From the NCBI RefSeq assembly GCF_001194135.2, contig NC_068999.1, forward strand, positions 32,640,431 to 32,704,430: a DNA stretch of 64,000 nt, written 5' to 3'. Under the pieces are notes generated by a model. That model made no database searches, was not told the DNA's origin, and worked only from the letters and a program-made list of their open reading frames with translations. The position numbers and the translations under genes are program-made. This document shows positions 53,021 to 64,000 of the stretch, in pieces (position 1 is the first letter of the stretch; each line of letters starts with the position of its first letter). The DNA comes from Octopus bimaculoides. Its lineage: Eukaryota.

Positions 53021-53835
53021 CTATTTGTTTTTGTTGTTGAAGATGATGGTGGTGGTGGTGGTGGTGGTGGTGTTTTAAAACAGTTCAGAAGCAGGCATTA
53101 TAGGTCATCTGTCCCCCTTTTCTAGAGATATAGTGCGTCTATGATTACATTAGCTAAATTGTTCAGTGTGTCTTTTTTTTTTTTCTTGGTAATGGAATAT
53201 TTAGCCACTTTTATAGCAGGTCAAATGATGACTTGGTGGTTTCCTTGTTTAATGATTTTCTGGAATTTTAAACCATTTAGCCAATCCAATATTAGTTCTG
53301 GAACGTTTAATGGATCTCTTTCTGAATGACTTAACCATTTTACAAAAAGCAGAAGACACGTGCTTCTTCTGAAGTGTGAAATTGCCTGTCTTTGAGAAGC
53401 CAACCTCTCTTGGCACATGCAAAATTTCTAGAGAATGCTTTTGTCAATCAATATTGTTCAATAACAAAAGATTTCAATAACAAAAGTGTCCTGAAACTCT
53501 GTTCTGAAGAATTCTTGATTACTTCAGTGCCACTTGAACAATTAACTAATCTCTCTTTATATCCACTTAAAACCATTGAGAAGCTACTCATAATGGTTTG
53601 TCATATCGTTATTGTTATTATTTAGGTAAGAAGCCATTATTGTTGTTGTTGTTGTTAACTGTAGCAAAATATGCAAACTATCAAATGATTATGGTAGAAA
53701 CCCATTTTCACAGACCAATTGTATTTTATTTCATTTTATGCAATCAATACACTTGAAAAGTATATGAACATCACCACATCCCATCCCATTACTTCACCTC
53801 TTTCATTGGCATAAATCTGGAAGCTTGTTTCTTGT

Positions 53836-53897
<62 letters not shown>

Positions 53898-53909
53898 CTT
53901 ATTAATATC

Positions 53910-54122
53910 AAGGAGTCAAGCTGGCAGAATCATTAGCATGCTGGACAAAATGCTTAGCAATATTTCATCTGTCTTTAGTTCTGAGTTCAAATTCCACTGC
54001 CGTTGACTTTGCCTTTCACCCTTTCGGGGTCAATAAAATAAGCACCAGTTGAACACTGGAAAAGATACAAGCAACTTACCCCCACCCTCAAAATTACTGG
54101 CCTTGTGCCAAAATTTGAAGCC
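53910..54122 (+). mobile_element. SINE family B
   Basis: Head to GGCCTTGTGCCAAAATTTGAAG tail. Confidence 0.85.
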
Positions 54123-55537
54123 ATTGATATTATCATTTCTATAAGATAGTGTATAACAGTAATGGTACAATGCTGTACTAAATGCCTTTTGATGTTTGAA
54201 TATGTCATGTTATGTTCTGAAATCAAATCCTCTTTACCTTTCTTTCCACTTTACCTTTCATTCTTTGATGGTTAATAAAATACAGTGATGGTGTTGGTGG
54301 CTGTGGTAGAGGTAGTGATGGTGTCTGGAAAATTACTGTTGTTGATGGAATTGCAATAATTCTGTCAGAAACATACCCCAACCTGCTCTGTATTTGGTAA
54401 GGATTTTAAATGATCAGCAAATCCTTCTGTGCCTGATTCTGTGTTAGAAAATTTGACTGTCTGACTGGAGGGGATAAAAAATCCTATTTCAAATCTGTGT
54501 TAGTGGGGAAGTGAAATCCTGAATAAGAATGAACTATCACAAATTCTGTGTTATTTAATTGTTAGAAATTTCAATGCAACCCATTCACTACAAATTGAAA
54601 TGTTTCATTCTTGTATCAAAATATGATAGAGTACATGTTGCAGCATAATACTGATGCTACTTTTTTTGTTGTTGTTGTTGCTTTCTTTTCTTTTATTACT
54701 GTTTTACATTCTTCCCCGCTTTCTGTTTTATTTTTTCTTCCTTTTCCCTTTATGCTCCTTTATTCTGCACCAATCAAATCGGTGAGTTGTTAGCCATCAC
54801 ATTGTTGTTTCTAGTTTTTGCTATTCACAAAGTTATCATGTTATTACAGGCTTATTTTTTTACTTAAAAGCAAGTGCAAAAAGAAATAAATGCTATATTG
54901 GAGAACCAAATGTTACAAAGAAATAAGGTGAACAATGGTGATAAAGCAAGTGTTTCCTTGTGTCTCTGTCCGAGACATGCAATCACAATACCATTTTCAG
55001 TGAATAGCGATCAAATATTGGGATAAGCTACAGTTTTGTGTTAACCTCAGTCACTTATGGTGGCAACCAGTATAAACTCTCACAGTCTCCACTTTGGTTG
55101 GTTGGGTGAGTGGATGCCAACGACAGAACACTTGCATGTTTTGATCTGATATCTTTGCTTTAATACATTAACTGCTGAATGTACCACCAGTGATTCATCA
55201 CAGACTTCACACAACCACCATATACACCACCATTGCTACATTTTCATAATTTGAGAAAATATTTTATTCTGTATTTTTGACATTGTTTCGAGGCTATTTA
55301 AATAACATGAGTGCTAAATATTAAAGTTTAGTTATAAAATATTGTAAAACTGCAAAAACAACTACATTTCCTTGTAACAGTATGCAGTGTGACTGGAAAT
55401 AGGTGGTAGCACTGGTCATTTCCTGTAGCAAGCTGTGGCAGTTAACATATAAAATCTGTCAGTGACAATCACTCAGTGATGAAACTGAAACAGTGACTGT
55501 GGTTCTTACCATAATCATCATCGTTGTTACTGTTGGT

Positions 55538-55750
55538 TAACCCTTTTAATACCAACCTGCCTAAGACTGCCCTTAGTTCTATGATATGAACTTTGATAAA
55601 ACTAATCTAAATTAAAACCTTCCATCAAAATTCCAGGTTAATTTGTTTCAAATGCTATCTTGATAATGACAAAGTTATTTTGCTAAATTCTTCATTTTTT
55701 CAAACTTAACTGAAATAAAAGCAGTGTGTGACAACAGAAATATAGTAATA
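55538..55750 (+). mobile_element. TTAA-CCC-started MITE (piggyBac-like), right end degraded
   Basis: Begins TTAACCCTTTTAATACC; the matching right TIR is not clearly preserved. Confidence 0.45.
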
Positions 55751-56059
55751 TCATGTTTCTTATATTTGCATAGGTTGGCCAGGTCTATAAGTATGTGCTG
55801 TCTCTCCATATTTCTCTCATGCTGTTTTCTCATCTGCAAAGCTCAGTGCTTTGAGTTCTAATTTGACCATTTTCATTGCCAAGTGTATTTTATTCCTCCT
55901 CTGTCTGCATATACTATCTCACACTATCACTTTCTAATGTTGAACAAAACAAAACGAAGCTGCAAGATGGATGCTGAACACTTCAACATTATAGAAATTA
56001 TAGCTAAACCTTCGAATCATACCCTGAATCATATATCCACCCATGCATACATACACATA

Positions 56060-57152
56060 TGTATATATAAATTGTGCGCTGTACGAGTATTGCCATTGTG
56101 ACAGCAGCGCATCCGACACGCTCGCTCTCTCTCACTCTCCCGCCTGTGGTCAGCCAGGCAACACAGTGACGCTCTCTGTACCTATATTACTATTTCGTCT
56201 CTTTAATCCATTATCTCTTGCACCCCATACTACAAGATGCCTCCAAAGAGGAAGAATACATCTTCACCTGCAGCAGGAAGTACCAAGAAACAACTGAGAG
56301 CTATTGACCTTGACACAAAAATGAAAATCATTACAGACTGCGAAGGTGGGAAAAAGGTGAGAGCTATCACAGACGATACGGGCCTGGCACATTCTACCAT
56401 CTCTCCTATTTTGAAGGATAAAGTTAAAGTGAAGGAGACAGCCAGAAGTTCGACAGGCTTTAAAGCATGCGTCACAAGACAACGAAAGGGTCTCATTCAC
56501 GAGATGGAAAAGTTGCTGGCAATCTGGATTGACGATCAGATTCAAAAAAGCGTTTTCTCAAAGATTAATTCTGCTATGCTAGAACTTGAGGCGATGGATC
56601 CAAATTTTGAGCGATTTTCCAAGGTGGAAAGGCAGACAATTGAACTGTTCCAATGTTATCGAGAAATTTATGACGAAAAAAGAAGATAACAAAGCAGATA
56701 ACACTGACGGGATTTTTCATGCATTTTGATGTCAAGAATGAGTTGCTTTTGTAATCTTTATCCAAAGTAAAACAAAGTTATTATGTTTGAGTTTCCTTTA
56801 AGCCTTTTCACCTTTTTTATATAATCCTGAGAAAAGTTTATTGGGCATCTTATGTACTAGGCCTGGAATCACAAACATACTTACGATGTCTGAGCTACAA
56901 TAATACAGTATCCATATCCTAACTTTTAAGGATTTCCTTGTGATAATCTTATTGTTACTTATTCATTTTTCAACAATTTATGTTAGTGATTCTTGGCCCT
57001 GTACTGCATATACTTTATACAGTACGGTATTCTGTTTTTATATGTACATACAGTACACTATACCTATTAAAAAAAAAATACGTACCCTATGAATATTCGT
57101 TTAACGATGGGACTGTTGGAACGTAACTCAGTCGTTAAATGAGGACAGTTTG
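56060..57152 (+). mobile_element. Internally deleted Tigger/pogo DNA transposon
   Basis: Contains the Tigger-like ORF; right end ...GTCGTTAAATGAGGACAGTTTG|TA is Tigger/MER2-like; left TIR not found, so the left boundary is approximate. Confidence 0.75.
56237..56689 (+). pseudogene. Tigger-like transposase deletion product: CENP-B-type DNA-binding N-terminus fused in frame to the extreme C-terminus, DDE domain absent
   Basis: AIDLDTKMKII...GLAHSTISPILKDK...IHEMEKLLAIWIDDQIQK is the Tigger N-terminal HTH region; MDPNFERFSKV...CYREIYDEK followed (after a frameshift) by TKQITLTGFF is the Tigger C-terminus. Confidence 0.85.
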
Positions 57153-57164
57153 TATATATATATA

Positions 57165-58400
57165 TATATATATGTATGTATGCAATAATAAATCTCTGAA
57201 CAAGATATAAACAGTAGCTGCACGACATTGTGAAGTATATTTACCACTTAAATGTGGCTAACCCTTAAGGGTGGATACTACTTTATAAAATGCTATTTTA
57301 TAAAATACTAAAGGCCTTTATATAAATAACCCTTCTAAACAAGTACCACCAAGAAAATATAAATATTATGTAAGGATTAACAATAATTTCTTAAACCTAT
57401 AATATAATCCCTAAGTTTATATATAGAAGGATTAATGTAAAATTTGAATGTTCTATAACTTAAATATTCCTTTAACTGATACCAGACATCAGTCTTTTAT
57501 TGATATTAGCTAAATAAGTAAAAATATAATTTTTAGTCCAATATATTTTGAATTTTTATACTTTTTCTATAAATCTTCTTTATTGGTGTTAATAAACTAA
57601 ATATGCTTTACCATAGCATTAGTAATTAAGCTATTTTATTTCTGTGGTATTCTGCCCTAATTGATTATTTTATTTCATTTCTTTATGAATTTATTATTAG
57701 CCTTTAATTATTCATAAAAAAAATCAAGCTAATCTTTGTATCTCTATAAATTGATACTTAGCTTATATAAAAGTATACTGGTATATTCACTACATATATA
57801 AAAAAAAAAACTGCTTAGAATATAATTTTACTAATATATAATTAGAATGTTCTTTTGCCTTAATACTCCTTTATAAATACCAATATATACCTATTAATCA
57901 ATATTCACAGATATCCTCTGATGAGTTAGTATTTAAGTGTACAATATGTATAAATATTAAACTATTTTTGAATAATTTATTTTCCTCCCTCTATTGTGGT
58001 AAAAAGTTTGGTGTATACTCAAAAGTATCCATAAATTTCTCTCCTTTTGTTAATATATTCTTCTTGATAACCCTCTGAATAGCCATAAACTTTATCTGTA
58101 TACAATATAGCAACATTGTTTTAAAACATTTAACTATAGTACTACATGATAATGACTTCCCCTGTTTCATTATCAATGGTCTGCTAGTGGGTGGCCCCAC
58201 TTAGTTGTGAGCCAACATCTTGTTTTAAGTTTTCCTTTACCAAACCTCATGATTTTTATGACTATACCAGCTATGATTTCTGTCTTGTCTGCTCTCTCAA
58301 CCCTACCCCTAACAGATAACGCCCTTTATTTTTCTCAGCCTTAGATATACAAGGTTTGATAAACTAGTCTATAAATCAAAACTGACCCCATAAAAAAAAA
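57165..58400 (-). mobile_element. Very degraded Penelope-like retroelement (RT plus GIY-YIG)
   Basis: Minus-strand fragments in the expected order: GVSFD (LVSFD), GPPTS (MGSPxS), LYTDK (RYVDD), REENKLF (EREENNKLPFLD), KYIG, WYQLKE, TCLEGLFI (CLxEKLxI). Each match is weak alone; the order supports the call. Confidence 0.5.
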
Positions 58401-59479
58401 ACAAATAAAATCAGTGACAGGCAGAGTCTTCTTGACAATTTATTTATTAGCTTCTATGTTGTAGTAGAGACTACATGTTATTTGTCTATCTCCTTAACTT
58501 CTTGGAGATTTTAGGTTATATTATACTAATGTATCCATCTGTTCTAATTTAATTAAATTCTATGTCTTTGTGCAACTAAGAATTGCTCTGCATTTTAAAT
58601 TGATGTAATGATTACATTGTTCAATTAATTGGAGTTGCATGAAACGATCGTACTGCATTACCTCTGGATATCCTTGTTGCTTATTTTGATTTTAATCACC
58701 TTACTTTGAAATTGTATGGATAATACCATACTAAATTCTCGTGCCTCAACTTAAGTACCATTTTCACCTGAATCTATATATATATGAGAAAAAATAAGTT
58801 TAAAAAGAACAATTCAAACTTTTTTAAGGGTCCAAAAAGAGAGAAAAAATTATTTCCAATAAAAAATTCATCATATTCATAAAAATCAGCCAGAGCAAGT
58901 ATTAAGAATATGAAAATAACAATTAAATTCGTTATAGGTTTAAAGATACCATAAGCAAGTATAAAAATGGAGAAAATATGTTAAAATCAAAATTGAATTC
59001 AATACATACGCACTTTTCAAAAGACAATACAAATATTTAAGAAAAAAATAGAATTAGAGTTCTGCACTGTCATTCTCATCGTTGTGAAGAATTTTTAGGA
59101 AGAACATCAAAAAAGTTATTAATAAAATTCCATAAGGAAAAACAGATGGGGTAATAAGGAAAAATTAAACTGGATATCTACAAACAAGTTGTAAAAGGGA
59201 AAAATAATAATAAGAGAGACAAAAAAGAAAGACATATCAATGTGTATGCAAGTCTATTTGTGCAAAAAACTATAACTTAAAAAGTCTAATGGGTATATTA
59301 AAAAAATATTAAAAGATTGAGACAAAACATAATGTAAACAAAATCACGTGTGTCTAGCAGACATAAACTACATGTTCACTAATGGAGAAAAGCCATAGAG
59401 AGTCAGACGTATACATATTTATATTGAAAACGAAAAAAAATATATTATTAGAAGCTTCTGAGCTTCTCTCAGTTTGACC

Positions 59480-59580
59480 ATCCTGAGGCAATACTAGAAG
59501 ACACTTGCCCAAAGTGCCACAATGTGGAACTGAACCTGGAACCATGTGATTGGGAAGTAAGTTTCTTACCATACAGTCAT
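59480..59580 (-). mobile_element. SINE family A head fragment
   Basis: AGAAGACACTTGCCCAAAGTGCCAC...GAACTGAACCTGGAACCATGTG. Confidence 0.75.
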
Positions 59581-59751
59581 ATCTATATAAGCACCAGCAT
59601 GACCGCAGCCACTTGGCTGAAACACATAAATAAATAAATACTTAGTTACTCAACTACACATCCATCTTATTTCTTTCCACTAACTTTAGACATCCACCAA
59701 TTGCTTATCTTTGAATGCCAGACAACTTTACTATATTTTACATATATTCTA

Positions 59752-60952
59752 TCAGGTTAATTAAAAAGTAAGCAACGTTTTGAACCATGAAAAATTTGTA
59801 CCAGACTTTTGCAGGGTTTTGAATTTTTTTTAAACATTGTTTTGCAGTTGTCTGATAATACAGACATAGACTTGCCCAAATGCATTAATAAATTAACATT
59901 GATATTCTTTTCACCGTTGTTACAATCATCTGAAATTGTCAAAGTGCAATATTAAAGCAACTGAAACTGCTCGCGTTATCAACAAAACATTTGGTGAGGA
60001 AATGACCAGTGAGTGGTCACCTCGAAAATGGTTTAAACTATTTCACAGTGGAGACTTGTGCCTTGAAGATCGTGAGTGTAGTGGACGCCCATCTGTCATT
60101 GATGACGGTCAATTAAAGACGATCATTGAGAAAGATCCATGTAAAACCACTCGAGAATTGGCAAAAGAACTTCAAGTTAGGCAGAAAACTGCCGGCAACC
60201 ATTTGCATGTGTTCAGGAAGTCAAAAATGCTCAACAAACGGGTATCACATGATTTGAATGAAAATCAGAAAATGTGCAGATAGGAAATTTGCTTATTGCT
60301 TCTTCTCCATAACCAAACCGATCCATTTTTCAACCGTATTGTAACTTGCGATGCAAAGTGGATTCTGTACAATAGTAATAAACATTCCTCACAGTGGTTG
60401 AACCAAAATAAAGCACTGAAAACCTTCCCTAAACCCGAGCTCTTCAAAAAGAAGGTTATGATGACTGTTTGGTAGTAGACTGCTGTACTCATCCACTAAA
60501 ACTTCTTAAAACTCAGAAAACCATTACTGCAGAAACCTATTGCCAAAATGAATGAAAACTGCTACTCTTCTGTCCTAGAAAAGGGCCAAACATTCTTCAT
60601 GACAATACTCGACCACACATATCACTAATGACACTGCAGAAGTTGCGGGAACTCGGCTATGTTCTTCCCACCCAGCTTATACCCCTACTGACTACCACTG
60701 TTTCAAGAACCTTGATGGTTTCTTGCGAAAGGAGTTCAAAAATCAAACCGATGCTGAAAATGCATTCAATGAGTTCACCAGCTCCAGAACTCCAGATTTT
60801 TATATTACTAGAAGAAACAAACTTGTAACTTGTTGGCAAGAATGTGTTGATTGTAAGGGTATTTACTTTGATGAATAAAATTTCTGCATTGTTGAAATAT
60901 ATTATGATGAATTTCACGTTTCAAAACATTGCTTACTTTTTACTCAGCCTGA
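59752..60952 (+). mobile_element. mariner (DD34D-type) DNA transposon relic with both TIRs
   Basis: 33-bp TIRs at 59752-59784 and 60920-60952 (29/33 match) flanked by TA. Fragments WFKLFHSGDLCLEDRECSGRPS, RIVTCDAKWILYN, KKVMMTVW, LHDNTRPH and PTDYHCF are mariner transposase motifs; stops and frameshifts present. Confidence 0.93.
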
Positions 60953-61604
60953 TATGTATTTAGTGCAAAATCCTTTGTTTCCAACAGCAGAAACCTTAAA
61001 TATATTCTTACCGGATTTTATTTTATTTTTTACCCCAAATCCTCCAACTTCAAACAAATGAAATGCCTGAAATAACATTTATTTATTTTAGATTTTATAT
61101 GACAATCTGTGAATGATAGAGATTGCTAAAGTACGTACCAGACCTGAATAAATACTGGAGTCCATTTTATCAATGGAAAACCCATGAATGGTAGTGCTCC
61201 AGCTTAGTTGCATGGCAATGGCTGAAACCATTAAAAAAAAAAAAACATTTGTTGCTGTTGTTTTCTCTGACAGTTTTAAACAGCTTTATCTGGTATAGTT
61301 CTTTTAATGAGATTATTTTTAGACAGAGGTAATTAATATCTCTTTTTAATTAATAACAACATAAACTGTTTAATTAGCATAACTTGATAACATTTACATA
61401 ATTTGTGTAGCTAAAATAACAATTAACTTGTTAGAATGTTTTTTGTTGAGAATGGATTTGTTTACTTAGCAGCTGCCTGTTGATTTCAATAGAACACTGT
61501 GTGGCTGTTTCTATGGAACTTCATACCACCACACCCCCTCGTTGGACGAGTATCCTTGCATATTAGCAACCCTTACCTGTAGATTTCATTATACGGAATG
61601 ATTT

Positions 61605-61780
61605 TCATCTTATTTCGGTCATTGGACTGTGACCATGCTGGGGCACCACTTTCAAGGGTTTAGTTGGACAAATCAACCCTAGTACTTATTTTTAAGTCTG
61701 GAACTTATTCTGTCAGTCTCTTTTGCTGAATTACTATGTTATGAGGATGTAAACAAGCCAACACTGGTTGTCAGGTGTAT

Positions 61781-61818
<38 letters not shown>

Positions 61819-61960
61819 TGGCTTCTTTCAGTTCCCATCTACCATATCCACTCGTAAGACTTTGGTCAGTCCAAAGCAACAGTTGAAGACACTAGTAGGA
61901 CTGAACCCAAGACTACATGTTCGGGAAGCAAGCTTCTTAACCACATAGCGACACCTGTGC
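61605..61960 (-). mobile_element. SINE family A
   Basis: Tail-to-head colinear match. Confidence 0.82.
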
Positions 61961-62342
61961 CTTAATCAGAGGAAGAATAACAGCACCCACTGATTATTTT
62001 CTGGGTCTCTTGGATGGTTGCAGGAAGGCAAAATATGTGGACTACATGTGTGTAACAGAATCGTCTCCACTAAAAACACCCACGAGCCAGGTTTTGGTAT
62101 TAAACTGGATGATGGATTAAGTCCAGCCCACTTGGTACAGACCCAACCCATGTAATGGGCCTTTACACTGTTTTCATCTACCAAATTCATCCATATAAGG
62201 CATTTGTTGTCCTGGGGTTATAGTAGAGGACACTTACACAAAGTGCTATGCAGTGGAACTTCACCTGAAACAATAGGGTTGCAAAGCAAACTTTGTGACC
62301 ACACTGCCTTGCTTGTATATCTATAAAGGCAAATCACAAATA

Positions 62343-62377
<35 letters not shown>

Positions 62378-62444
62378 TATATATGTATATGTGTAAAGAT
62401 GTATATGTGTATATAGATATATGTATGTATATGTAGGTGTGTGT

Positions 62445-62700
62445 CTTATCTTTTACTTGTTTAGCCATTAGATTGTAGCCTTGCTGGAGCACCGCCTTCA
62501 AGACTTTTTAGCCAAAAGTATCAACCCCGGTACTTGTATTTTAAGCCTGGTACTTGCTCTACTGGTCTCTTTTGTTGAAAGGTTAAGTTATAGGGATGTA
62601 AATGCACCAACACCAGTTGTCAAATGGTGGTGGGAGACACCTTGCCCAAGGTGCCATGTGGTTAGGAAGCGAGCTTCTTACCACACAGCCATACCTGTGC
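62445..62700 (-). mobile_element. SINE family A with a central deletion
   Basis: Tail 62445-62635 is joined directly to core/head 62636-62700. Confidence 0.75.
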
Positions 62701-63589
62701 TTATGTATGTAAAATTGAAATAATTATAGAAAACAAATTATTGATATTTCAAATCCTTCATTACAACTGTTCTGCTGATCTTATAAAATCCCATAACTTT
62801 ATATTTAGAAATTAATATTTCTTTACAAACCCATGCCATGAAAGTATTCAAAATATAAAGTTCAATAAACTATGCTTATATATCATGGAACCATGACTAA
62901 ACAGAAATATGAGATAGAATGACCACATTTTATATTTCAAATACATTGTCTGATAACAGGTTTTGTAACCATATAATTTTATAAAGTTCTGAAATTTTAT
63001 TAGATTAGTGAAATGCTCATAATGAAGTACTTAAAATAGCAATAATTTGTTTTATGTAATTAATTCAGTTTTATGAGAAACTTCTCCTGTGTTATAGCCT
63101 CAACTCCAAATATATAGTTACAGGTGCTATATATATATATATATTGTATAATATTGGTGTGGGAGTTTAATGTTGTTTCGATATAAAGCCCTAATTCATG
63201 TACGTTGAAGCACATTATAAAGTACTTTACTTGTGTGTGTGTGTGTGCATATATATGTATGTATATTTATCAACGGTATATGTATCCTTTGTGTGTGTGT
63301 ACACACTCACACACACGAGTTTACAAAAATGTATCTGCATGCATGTCTGTCTTTTTGTGTGTGTGTCTCTCTCTCTCGCTTGTTGAGGTGATTTCCTTGT
63401 TTAATTATCATTAATTTTTCTATATCTCTCTATGATTTTGCTGCCACTCTTCTTATTGTTGTTTTTCTCTGTCTATATATATCTACTGATTACATTCTTT
63501 TTGATCATAGATGTGACTGCATACACACTCACACACACACAGTCTCTCACCAAGAACACACAACCCTCTCTCTCTCTCTCTCTCAATAC

Positions 63590-63656
<67 letters not shown>

Positions 63657-63659
<3 letters not shown>

Positions 63660-63873
63660 GGGGGTACTGAAAAGTTCTTGGCTTTAAGGATCTTGCAAAA
63701 GGCCTGGTTAGAGGCTCAACATTCCAAGTTCTTTTACAGGGTTTAGAAAAATTGAAGAACCACTGCTGTAAGTGCGTGAATCTGTGAGGGAAATATGTTG
63801 AATAAAATCAGAATTAACAGATCCTCCTGTATTTTCTTTTACCCAAACCAAGGAACTTTTCAGCACCCACTCG
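63657..63873 (+). mobile_element. mariner-derived MITE
   Basis: Imperfect TIRs CAAGGGGGTACTGAAAAGTTC / GAACTTTTCAGCACCCACTCG; the interior resembles the mariner transposase C-terminus (FYxxG..L..RW.KCV...G.YVE). Confidence 0.75.
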
Positions 63874-63958
63874 TGTGTGTGTACATGTATAGGTATGTGT
63901 ATATAAATGCATTTATACATTCCATACATTTATGTGCTACTGATTGTGCATGTGTGTA

Positions 63959-63992
<34 letters not shown>

Positions 63993-64000
63993 CCAATTTC

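Noticed and set aside
53220-53620. High-complexity stretch with several 60-77-aa ORFs on both strands
   Set aside because: Every frame is interrupted and no motif is recognisable; cannot be supported as an exon or pseudogene.
57165-59340. Possible mitochondrial insertion (NUMT) because of extreme AT content
   Set aside because: No recognisable mitochondrial gene, rRNA or tRNA motif; the motif traces fit a Penelope-like element better.

Overview
AT-rich, repeat-dense eukaryotic (animal) genomic DNA with scaffold N-gaps. The SINE families, RTE tails and massive (TA)n/(CA)n/(TATG)n microsatellites fit an octopus/coleoid cephalopod genome (inference from repeat content, not verified). It reads as mostly intronic or intergenic. 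No complete protein-coding gene, rRNA, genuine tRNA gene or CRISPR array is visible, and nearly all listed ORFs are microsatellite or low-complexity artefacts. The best-supported host coding feature is a single 216-nt phase 0-0 exon on the + strand (13331-13546, proline-rich, unidentified). Weaker candidate micro-exons lie on the - strand at about 24.8, 26.8-27.1, 32.2-32.4 and 42.6-42.9 kb. Mobile DNA includes TIR- and TSD-bounded Tc1 (4599-5812) and mariner (59752-60952) relics, an internally deleted Tigger/pogo element that still has an in-frame 150-aa ORF, hAT/piggyBac/mariner-type MITEs, many RTE and CR1/L2-group LINE fragments, a decayed Penelope-like element and dozens of tRNA-derived SINEs. 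The most notable structures are a ~970-bp inverted duplication (30353-31324), foldback MITE copies bracketing the coding exon, two hammerhead-ribozyme-like motifs, and an apparently paralogous pair of spliced micro-exon units 10 kb apart. All alignments and counts were done by eye.
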